DNA of 64,000 bases, taken from an uncultured Methanosarcinaceae archaeon. Its GTDB lineage: Archaea > Halobacteriota > Methanosarcinia > Methanosarcinales > Methanosarcinaceae. Made by a program: the position numbers and the translations under genes. Location: contig CAVSHT010000005.1 in NCBI GenBank assembly GCA_963727895.1, forward strand, positions 352,001-416,000, read 5' to 3'. The notes beneath the pieces are model-generated. The model was not told where the DNA came from. It ran no database searches and worked only from the letters and a program-made list of their open reading frames with translations. Shown here one piece after another: positions 55,263-64,000 of this stretch; position 1 is the stretch's first letter; the number at the start of each line of letters is the position of its first letter.

Positions 55263-56002
55263 GGCATTGTTATCTAAATATATCTAGTTCTTTATTTCTG
55301 TATTTCATCAATAGAATAACCGAGTACTTTAGTATTTCAAGACTCTTCGTATAACACTTTGTCTTTCTTCTCAACCTTGCCAGAAAGTGCCTCAATATAC
55401 TGTTATATCCCTCAACTGTAAATGTTTCTGCTTTTGATTGAGTATGACTCTTTTCAGGAAGAAACTCTGCATATGCCCTCCAGTGATCGGTCATTACTTC
55501 TCCAATGTCTTTTTTCTTCAATTTTTCCCAGAGTAGTTTTCCAGTTTCTGTTCCTCTGCTACCAAAAGAGCAGTTGATGAACTTTTTCCTAACTCTATCA
55601 ACAGCAATTCAGATCCAGCAATATTTTTTTTTGTTACCGATGTAAGTGTGCATCTCATCCATTTCAACAATAGATATCTCATTTTCACTTTTTAGAGCCT
55701 CTAACTCCTTACCAAATTTCTTGATCCATCTTTGGACAGAAACATGACTCACCCCTAAAAATCTTCCTATTGAGCGAAAGCCCAATCCTTCAAGATAGAG
55801 TTGTAAAGCCTGTTTTTTAACAGAGGCGGAAAAAGCAGTTGATTTTAGCTCTACTGTATAGTTATATCCACAATCATGGCATTTGCACCGTTGACGCCCG
55901 CCAACTATACCGTTCTTTTTGTGACTGGAACTATTGCATCTGGGGCAGTTAATGAAGAAATATACTTTCTAATAGTATATAACTATGTTTAAGTATCAAT
56001 GA
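55263..56002 (-). mobile_element. IS1-family element, inactivated
   Basis: Homologous to 11187-11924; start codon ATT, A9 run and a TGA in the InsB frame. Confidence 0.85.
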
Positions 56003-56546
56003 CAAAAAGGAAAATGGAAATACCTTTATCGTGCAGTTGACTCAAATGAAGATACAATCGATTTCATGTTAAGTGCAAAACGAAATCAAAAAGTAGCGAA
56101 GATATTTCTTTAAGAAAGCTTTGAATTCTAATCATAATCAAATTCCAAGAGTAATAACAGTTGATAAAAATCCAGCTTATCCACCTGCTATAGATAAACT
56201 GAAAAATGATAAAATACTACCTATAAACGTAGGCATTAGACAAATCAAGTATTTGAATAACATTATAGAACAAGATCATAGATCCATTAAATGAATAGTT
56301 AATCCAATGTTAGGATTTCAATCTATTCAATCTGCTAATAAGACTTCAGAAGAAACTGAAGCTATGAATATGATTGAAAAAGGATAAATCAAGAATCTAA
56401 ATTACTCTGTTCTTAATGAAGTCAAATACATTAATAAATTGTTTTGGCATATTTTTATAATGTTAGTGCATTTTCCTTGAATATTTTTATTTTTATTCAT
56501 TATCCATAGGTCTACATGCTTATTATGAGATTTTTGCAACGGGACC
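56003..56546 (+). mobile_element. Degenerate IS6 3' part with right IR
   Basis: Similar to 53930-54469 with stops and indels; ends TTTTTGCAACGGGACC. Confidence 0.85.
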
Positions 56547-56732
56547 GCAATCAGAGTTGCTTCTCTTTTTGTGGAATAAAAAATAAAGGGTAATTTTTTA
56601 ATGAAATTTTGATAAATTTTTTAAGTAAACAGAATTTTGAGGATTGTTATAAATCCATCGATAATTAAACCAGAGTTTCAGAAAACCTTGCTACCTTTTT
56701 TCATATTAAACTCCTTTAAAAAATGCTTCATA

Positions 56733-59318
56733 TTAAACTCCCATAAAATAATGCCCTGTAGTATATTCAACACCTCTTGAAGGTTTTAACCTGTTTTCCT
56801 TTCCTGCAAGAGCTTTTTTGTAGGCCGTTATAATTTCTTTTATCTCGGCTTCAGTATTAAACGATAAATCAAGCCGTATTACGTCAACTCCGTATTCTTT
56901 CAGGTTTTTGACATATTTCAGCATATCAAGAACTTTTGAGTTATAAATCAGGGTTCGGGTACCCAGGCGTTTTACCGGAAACTCCGACCCTTCCTTATCA
57001 ACGAGAAGTACATCACTATCCTTTCTTACGATCCTTCTATCAATAAGAGGCTTCAAAAGGTCATTTTCCGTAATGAGCATAAGTTCTCTGCCATAGACAA
57101 AAATTTCAGTTTGTCCCGAAGCATTACAGGTCTGAAGGAACTCACAAATATTTTTTATCTCGCTTAAATTCAGTTCACTTGATAAGGCTACTCTATATGC
57201 TCCTGCCTGGTAGAGCGTACTAGCTGTAAAAGCATTGAAAATATTGAATTCTTTTCCTGCAGTAAAAGGTATGGAAAGCTTTTTTGCAAGCTGTACAGCA
57301 CCAAACTCATAACAAGCTATCCCAAAACCTGCAGCTTTTACTTTTTCCAGCAAAGGCTTGAGGTTATTCAGTTCATTTTCATGGTTTATTAAGGGAACCT
57401 TGAAGACGAGTTCCACTCTTTCGGCTTTCAAGTCTTCAAGTTTTTCTGCGTTTTCGGGTGCTGTAAGCTCTTCAAACTCTGAAACTGGAATGTATATTAT
57501 ATCTGCACCGGCAAATGCAGCTTCAAAGAGAGAAGAGTTATCATTTACCTCAACGCTCAAAAGGATCTGCTTTGAAGAGATATTTTTGTTCCAGGTCTTA
57601 CTGAAAGTATCACCGGCAGTTGCAGCGTTTTCGTTTTTATTGTCCGTTTCACTGCTGCCAGATTCAGAATCACACAGATAATTAAAATCTGCGAAATCAG
57701 GATGCTTTTGTTCTTTTCTATTTGCACTGAGAATTTTTTCCAGCAAGAGATCTGCAGCTTTTCGCCTTGTATTCTTCAGCACGCCTACTGGAATAAAGAT
57801 ATCTTCATTAGCTCCGATTTCAACAGAGACAGCCTCAAAAGAAGTGTCTCCAAGACTTTCCATTGCCTTTCTGATTTGTTCAATTGTAGTTGGGGCTTTC
57901 TTTGCTTCCTGGACAATGTAATCATCTGCAAATTCTATAACAGGAGCTTCCTCTTGAACCTCTCTGGGATTTTCACTTTCTTCTTTAATTAAAACCGAAA
58001 ACTTGTCTCCTTTCCTGGCTTTTACTTTAAGGCTCACAGAAATCGTTTTCAACTTTGTTTTTTGAAGAGAACCGAGGAGCTGCGTGTCTGTTGTGAGATA
58101 AAGTTTGTCTCCTCTCTGGACTGCTTTTCCGGTCTTTGAGCTGATTTCAAGCCCTACCTTTTCACCTTTTTTTGCACTTTTTATACGTTCTCCTGAAATA
58201 GTAATTATACCTGTAACTGCTGAGCCAAGCATTCTCTCTCGCGTGAAAATGCTTATACCATCTTTTACCTGGATATTTTCATTCAGTCGAACTGTAAGTT
58301 TCGTGTTTCCTTTTGAACGGGAAATATCGAGGACCTTTCCAAGAAATGCACCGTAGTTTGAGCTGTATTTTGGATGAGAAACACTCTTTTCCTCAAGTAT
58401 AAAACCCTTCGTAAAACCCCTGTAAAAGAGTTTTGCAAGCTCGTTTTCCTTCGATTCAAGTTCTTCCTTTGTCGGATTTTCTCCTGGACCACAGATTCCT
58501 TTAACTACGGATTTATAGGCAGCCGCACTAGCAGTTACATATTCAGGTTTTTTCATCCTTCCTTCTATTTTAAGGCTTACAACCCCTGTTTTTACAATTT
58601 CTTCAAGTCCCGTTAGAGTGGAAAGTTCGGCACAACTTATGGGATAACTGCCGCCAACATGCCTTTCATCAACGTCTCTGCCATTTACCACGAACCTGTA
58701 TCGACGTCTACAAGGCTGGGCACAAGCTCCACGATTCGCACTCCTGCCATGCAAAAAACTGCTGAAAAGGCATTTGCCAGAATAGGAATAGCAAAGAGCT
58801 CCGTGAACAAAGACTTCAATTTCCGTATTGGAATTGTCTACTATGTCCTTTACCTCAGCGGCAGTAAGTTCTCTTGAAACTATAACCCTTTTTGCTCCAA
58901 GATCTGCTAAAAAATCAACTCCACCTTTATTGTGAACAGTCATCTGAGTGCTTGCGTGAAGCTGCAGGTCTGGATAAATTTCCTTTAAAAGCCTTAGAAG
59001 CCCCAGATCCTGAAAGATAATAGCATCGATTCCTGCTGCATATGCATGATCCACTATCTCAAGTGCGTGCTGAAGCTCTTTTTGTTTTATTGGAATATTA
59101 AGAGCCAGATAAACTAAAATTCCGTGTGAATGAGCCAGTTTTACAGATGAATCAAGGTCATCAAGAGTGAAATTCTCTGCACCCTGACGGGCGTTGAATT
59201 CGCCAACTCCTAGATATACAGCATCAGCTCCTCCTCGAATTGCAGCGAGCAGGGCTTCTTCGTCACCCACAGGAGCCAGGATTTCAGGAGGAATACAGGT
59301 GAAGTTTTTAGTAGACAT
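56733..59318 (-). CDS. U32 peptidase family protein (long, DUF3656-type; RNA hydroxylation family)
   Basis: PEILAPVG, GADAVYLG, HASTQ, FVHGALCYSYSGKC, SANRGACAQPCR, SLKIEGRMK, TTGHY. Confidence 0.9.
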   Translation of the reverse strand: MSTKNFTCIPPEILAPVGDEEALLAAIRGGADAVYLGVGEFNARQGAENFTLDDLDSSVKLAHSHGILVYLALNIPIKQKELQHALEIVDHAYAAGIDAIIFQDLGLLRLLKEIYPDLQLHASTQMTVHNKGGVDFLADLGAKRVIVSRELTAAEVKDIVDNSNTEIEVFVHGALCYSYSGKCLFSSFLHGRSANRGACAQPCRRRYRFVVNGRDVDERHVGGSYPISCAELSTLTGLEEIVKTGVVSLKIEGRMKKPEYVTASAAAYKSVVKGICGPGENPTKEELESKENELAKLFYRGFTKGFILEEKSVSHPKYSSNYGAFLGKVLDISRSKGNTKLTVRLNENIQVKDGISIFTRERMLGSAVTGIITISGERIKSAKKGEKVGLEISSKTGKAVQRGDKLYLTTDTQLLGSLQKTKLKTISVSLKVKARKGDKFSVLIKEESENPREVQEEAPVIEFADDYIVQEAKKAPTTIEQIRKAMESLGDTSFEAVSVEIGANEDIFIPVGVLKNTRRKAADLLLEKILSANRKEQKHPDFADFNYLCDSESGSSETDNKNENAATAGDTFSKTWNKNISSKQILLSVEVNDNSSLFEAAFAGADIIYIPVSEFEELTAPENAEKLEDLKAERVELVFKVPLINHENELNNLKPLLEKVKAAGFGIACYEFGAVQLAKKLSIPFTAGKEFNIFNAFTASTLYQAGAYRVALSSELNLSEIKNICEFLQTCNASGQTEIFVYGRELMLITENDLLKPLIDRRIVRKDSDVLLVDKEGSEFPVKRLGTRTLIYNSKVLDMLKYVKNLKEYGVDVIRLDLSFNTEAEIKEIITAYKKALAGKENRLKPSRGVEYTTGHYFMGV

Positions 59319-60339
59319 TTTGATCAGTTTTTCCGGTAACTAGAATGTTTTTGTAATTATAAAGGAGCTATGAAAACGATTTACATCAATAGATTAGCAG
59401 TATGCAGGTAAATGAATAAAGACAAGTAAGATGAGTAAAGACATTACGTTCAATTTAAGACGTAAAGGTGTTTCTTGCATAAAAATGGATGGGTCAGCCC
59501 TGAATATTTTCCTGATAGAAAATACTTATTGTAAACCTGAAAACTTTACACTTAAAACTTTAACTTAGTATTATAGTAAATACGACTTATTTTAGATAAC
59601 CTTTCGATTTCAGGCTTATTTCTGCTTATTATTTCTGTTTATTTACAAATTTAAGGATCTATGAATAAATCTAAAGTTTTTCCAGGGTTTTAGCTGAAAT
59701 CAAACTGTTTTATTCACTTTTTTAGTTATATACTAATTAATATCTATTTTTGATTAAAATAAGACTGGTTTATCCCCTTAAATGCCCCATTAATACAAAA
59801 CTAATTTACTTGTTGAAATAAAAACAAGTGTAAATCTATATATAGATATATAAATAATTCTCATTTATATAAAACTTAGCTGTGACTAAATAACTATCTG
59901 AACATGGTTTTTCGCTTTGTTGTATGATTGTACAGGATTCTAACTCGTTTGAATCCTTTTACTCTCTAATAAATGATGAAGCTTCGTAAAACGAATAAGT
60001 GCTGCATTAATGCACACCACAAGATTATATGCAGTTACCAGTCCGGCATAGGCAAGCTAATTAATTTTGCAACAAGGCAACTATACTCGAATCTGCATAT
60101 TTTCAGAAGCTTCATAGGATGAATTATGATGCCATTTGAACTATTTGAGAGGGTCGAAGCTTACTGCCATGATCTCTCAAAAATAGGTAAAATTATAAAA
60201 AAATATCAATTTTTACAGAAACATAATACAACCTTTTTCTCTTTGAACAGGTTCTTACACCTGGCAATAGCAAAAGTAGTTCCGGAGTTTCAAAACCAGA
60301 CCTCCAAAAAGATAGCTTTACCGCTTAAGGAGATCCGGT

Positions 60340-61761
60340 ATGGTAAATGATGAAGAAATGAAATCCGGGAATATAGTGAATCTGTTCTTCAAATTTGCAT
60401 TTCCTGCAGTTGTAGGAGTTGTTGTTGCTGGGATCCAGGGAATAATTGATGGCTTATTTATAGGAAATGCTATAGGAAGCCAGGGACTTGCAGCAATAAC
60501 CCTTGCTTACCCTGCTTATTTGGTTATAGTTTCCATGGGCGTAATCATTGGGATGGGTGCATCCAGTCTGACAGCGTTGCAACTTGGAAAGGGAAATATC
60601 AGCGGAGCTCTAGATATAATACACAATGTTTTTTTCCTTTGCCTTCTTACAGGAGCAGTTTTTACTGTAGTCGGAATAATTTTTTGTGAAACTTCAATTA
60701 CTCTCCTTGGAGCCAGTGGGCATACCCTTGATTTTGCCCGCGAGTATTTAAGGATCATCTCCATTGGCTCAGTTTTTATGATCATTTCAATTGCTCTTGA
60801 TCCTCTGGTAAGAAACGATGGAAAACCCAGACTTTCTATGAATATCATGATTGCAGGAGTTATTGTAAATCTTGTACTTGACTATATTTTTATCATGCGC
60901 ATGGGTCTGGGAATATCAGGAGCTGCCTTTGCCACAATAATTTCCTTTGCTCTTCCAGCGGTACTATTTATGTATTATCTTTTTAGCAGCAAGGCAAAAT
61001 TAAGACTCCGATTTAAAGCTATGAAATTAAAATTTGGAACCCTACTCCAGATTCTTAAAGCCGGTCTTCCGTCTTTTGCGATGCAATTTTCACTGGCTCT
61101 CGTATTATTTGCGCATAATTACATGCTGCTTAGATACGGATCCGAAATTGCAGTCTCAGCTTATGGTATTATAGGATATGTTTTTTCAATTTTTTATATG
61201 CTTTTTGAAGGAATAGCCCTTGGAGTACAGCCAATAATAGGCTTCAATTACGGAGCTGGCTACTATAAAAGAGTTTCACAGATTCTGAAACTGACAATGC
61301 TTTCATGTATCCTTATAGGAGCCTTAGGATTTGTGCTAATCTATACTTTTCCAGAAAGAGTGGTGCGAATCTTTAGCCAGAATGAATCAGAACTTCTTAA
61401 AGTTACACTGCAAGGTATGAAGATCTGCATGTTATCTTTGTTCGTTGAAGGTACTGTACTTCTCACTGTTATTTATTATCAGTCAATAAACAGAGTTAAA
61501 GAAGCACTCTTTATATATTTAGGGAAAATTTTTATTTTCCTTTTACCCCTGCTTTTTATCCTGCCTGTATTCTTTGGTTTGGCTGGAGTATGGTTTGCAT
61601 CTCCTGCTACAGAATATATAATGGCAGTGATAACGTTAGTCATGCTTTATAGGGAATTTAAGTTCCTCAGCCAGAATTCACAATTAGAAGATAAAAATAA
61701 AAATTATACAAAAAAAGAATTAAAGGTAGTTATAGACGCTGGAAAAACCAAAGCTGAGTAG
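60340..61761 (+). CDS. MATE-family efflux transporter
   Basis: IDGLFIG..GSQGLAA, RNDGKP, NLVLDYIFI, GISGAAFAT, QPIIGFNYGA. Confidence 0.92.
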   Translation: MVNDEEMKSGNIVNLFFKFAFPAVVGVVVAGIQGIIDGLFIGNAIGSQGLAAITLAYPAYLVIVSMGVIIGMGASSLTALQLGKGNISGALDIIHNVFFLCLLTGAVFTVVGIIFCETSITLLGASGHTLDFAREYLRIISIGSVFMIISIALDPLVRNDGKPRLSMNIMIAGVIVNLVLDYIFIMRMGLGISGAAFATIISFALPAVLFMYYLFSSKAKLRLRFKAMKLKFGTLLQILKAGLPSFAMQFSLALVLFAHNYMLLRYGSEIAVSAYGIIGYVFSIFYMLFEGIALGVQPIIGFNYGAGYYKRVSQILKLTMLSCILIGALGFVLIYTFPERVVRIFSQNESELLKVTLQGMKICMLSLFVEGTVLLTVIYYQSINRVKEALFIYLGKIFIFLLPLLFILPVFFGLAGVWFASPATEYIMAVITLVMLYREFKFLSQNSQLEDKNKNYTKKELKVVIDAGKTKAE

Positions 61762-61816
61762 ACTCTATAGTCCAGTTTACATAAAAATTAGTCAAATCAA
61801 AATATTAAAATTGTTT

Positions 61817-61970
61817 TTCTTAGTGACAGATTCTTAGTGACAGATTCTTAGTGACAGATTCTTAGTGACAGATTCTTAGTGACAGATTCTTAGTGACAGA
61901 TTCTTAGTGACAGATTCTTAGTGACAGATTCTTAGTGACAGATTCTTAGTGATAGATTCTTAGTGATAGA
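61817..61970 (+). repeat. Intergenic 14-bp tandem repeat TTCTTAGTGACAGA x11
   Basis: Nine perfect copies plus two with C>T. Confidence 0.95.
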
Positions 61971-62078
61971 TGATTTATACCGTTTGGAGCCAAAAATTAA
62001 AAGCCTGCAAGACAATTTATGATAAGATTAAATTTGGAAATTGTTTCAGTTTGGATTTTAGCCAACTGTTAGATTCGG

Positions 62079-62978
62079 TTGTCAAAAATTAGCTTTAAAG
62101 GTGTCTATATAAGAAGTTGGGGGAATATTCTGGTTACACTTGACAGCACAACAATTAGCCTTTGGGATTTGATGTCAGTTCTATTTGTAATTCTGTTTCT
62201 CTATGCAGTGATCTACCCACAGTCGCAGATAAAACAAATCCGACTGCGACGCATGACAAAACTGAAAGCTATGGAAAAAAGACACAACTGCAAGGTACTT
62301 ACTATGATTCACAGGCGGGAGGCGTTTTCTCTTTTCGAGCTGCCTGCTTATCAGTACATAGATGAGGAAGATGCCGAGCAGATCCTGCGCTGGATAAGAA
62401 AATATAAGGATTACCCGCTTGAGCTGATTCTGCACACGCCTGGCGGGCAGCTTCATTCTAGCATTCAGATTGCACGCGCCCTCAGGAGACACCCAAAAAA
62501 CACAAAAGTTGTTATCCCGCACTATTCAATGTCAGGAGGCACAATTATTGCTCTTGCAGCAAATGAAATCGTGATGGATAAAGATGCAGTCATCGGGCCA
62601 ATTGATCCCCAGATAGGAGATTTCCTTCATGGAACCTATCCCGCCCCCTCCTGGATTTACGCCGCAGAAACAAAAAAAGAAAAAGCCGATGATACTACTC
62701 TTGTTATGAGCGATATCTCAAGAAAAGCTCTCAACCTCACTCGAAATGTCGTAAAAGAACTTCTCGAAGGCAAAATTCAACCAGACCCTACAGGAGAAAG
62801 CAGGCTTGATGAAGTTGTTGAAAAACTAGTCAGCGGAGAAATGATTCACAGCGCACCTCTCTCAGCTAGCGAAGCGAAAGAAATAGGGCTTTCCGTAAAT
62901 ACGGATTTTCCGGAAGACGTGCACGAGTTTATGAAGCTCTTCAAGCCTGTAAAAAAGAGTGTGGAATATCCAGAATAA
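62079..62978 (+). CDS. SDH-family ClpP-fold serine protease (start probably further downstream)
   Basis: LHTPGG, PHYSMSGGTIIALAA, GPIDPQ. Confidence 0.85.
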   Translation: MSKISFKGVYIRSWGNILVTLDSTTISLWDLMSVLFVILFLYAVIYPQSQIKQIRLRRMTKLKAMEKRHNCKVLTMIHRREAFSLFELPAYQYIDEEDAEQILRWIRKYKDYPLELILHTPGGQLHSSIQIARALRRHPKNTKVVIPHYSMSGGTIIALAANEIVMDKDAVIGPIDPQIGDFLHGTYPAPSWIYAAETKKEKADDTTLVMSDISRKALNLTRNVVKELLEGKIQPDPTGESRLDEVVEKLVSGEMIHSAPLSASEAKEIGLSVNTDFPEDVHEFMKLFKPVKKSVEYPE

Positions 62979-63023
62979 ATTAGACTGAAGGTTTATTAGT
63001 GCAGAAAGCTCAGTAATAGTTAT

Positions 63024-64000
63024 TTAATCAGATATCTCATTCTCTTCAATCCATTTTTTCATCAATGGAACTTTAAATTTATAGGCGTTTCCATCTTTAT
63101 CAAGAATTTCTCTTCTTAAAAGAGAATCAATTTCCTTTTTATTTTCTCCTGTATAGTTATTTTCAATCATTTGGTGCAGGAACTCTCTTTCGCTATCTGT
63201 ACATTCTATATTCCAGATATAATCAAAATAAGCGTTAGCAGAGGTCAATACTTTTTCTGCCGCTAAATTGACATCCTCAACAGAAGCTTCTTTACGATAC
63301 TGTGAATTCAGGTAGTTAACTAGCTCAAAACACACTGCTTGAATTAAGTAAGGCTGGCAATTTGTCAAATTTATTATTTGATTGACAGCCTCTCCGTATC
63401 GCCCACCCTCATAGTTTAAGGTGAAATCGTCAATTGGATTTGTAATCAAGGTTCTTGCATCATCTTTTGATAAATAACCGATTTTTATCATTTTACGAGT
63501 ACTTATGAGATATCCTGACCAACCGAGTTGAAGTTCTCTTAATTCGTTGCTTCCAGATATTAATATAACAAAACATTCGCGATGCTGGATAATATTTCTC
63601 AGCTGATCGAGTACAGCCGTAGTGAGCAAGCCGTTTAATATGCACTCTTCTATTTTTTCGTATTCATCAAAACAAATTAGGACTAACTTATTTTCTTTTT
63701 TGAGCAATTCCTCGGCTTTATCTAACCAGCTTCCAAAAGCTGTAAATGGGCTGTTTTGGAAAGAGCTCAGAGTTGGGTAGTCAAAAGAAAATCCTTTATC
63801 ATTTAGTGCTTCGCAAATTACCTTTGATAAATGGTAGCAAAAAGAAGATTGGCTTTCTCCATATCTTGGATCTTGAAAATCAATGTACACAGAAATGTAT
63901 TGTTTTTCTAATAATTTAGGGAGATTAATCAGAACAGAAGACTTTCCAACTCGTCTCCTTCCATATAAAAATAATGAGGGTTTTTGAGAAACATTAGATG
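63024..64000 (-). CDS. AAA/STAND-like P-loop ATPase, 5' end outside the window
   Basis: Frame is open to the window edge with Walker A LYGRRRVGKSS, Walker B ICFDEYE, and TNCQPYLIQ. Confidence 0.8.
   Translation of the reverse strand, partial: SNVSQKPSLFLYGRRRVGKSSVLINLPKLLEKQYISVYIDFQDPRYGESQSSFCYHLSKVICEALNDKGFSFDYPTLSSFQNSPFTAFGSWLDKAEELLKKENKLVLICFDEYEKIEECILNGLLTTAVLDQLRNIIQHRECFVILISGSNELRELQLGWSGYLISTRKMIKIGYLSKDDARTLITNPIDDFTLNYEGGRYGEAVNQIINLTNCQPYLIQAVCFELVNYLNSQYRKEASVEDVNLAAEKVLTSANAYFDYIWNIECTDSEREFLHQMIENNYTGENKKEIDSLLRREILDKDGNAYKFKVPLMKKWIEENEISD

Noticed and set aside
61817..61970. Possible CRISPR array
   Set aside because: Head-to-tail 14-bp units with no unique spacers.

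Overview
AT-rich archaeal DNA with Methanosarcina-type gene content (MC1 chromatin protein, archaeal ThrRS, PocR/PAS-HisKA_2 kinase, YVTN/PKD/NosD surface proteins, many IS1/IS5/IS6 copies and MITEs). Two large structures dominate. (1) A ~29.3-kb integrated element (15972-45313) is bounded by a perfect 20-bp att repeat and inserted in the 3' end of an AI-2E transporter gene. It encodes a tyrosine integrase, Zn-ribbon and RHH proteins, and a DUF927-type replication helicase followed by an iteron-rich putative origin. Its cargo includes duplicated beta-propeller genes, a stand-alone protein resembling the Cas8b C-terminal/Cas11b domain with no other cas gene or array nearby, a degenerate TnpB element and a group II intron. 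It also has a cluster of small helical-hairpin membrane proteins plus a TM-anchored PKD adhesin, reminiscent of a spindle-shaped/enveloped archaeal virus module and preceded by a five-times-repeated promoter cassette. Several element genes are frameshifted, so it looks like a decaying provirus or integrated plasmid. (2) Two matching inverted IS6 copies (4221-5077, 53613-54469) flank a ~48.5-kb inversion that split a PAS histidine kinase gene; the 8-bp target duplication AATTAATA is found on both halves. All family assignments are by motif recognition only; no searches were run.
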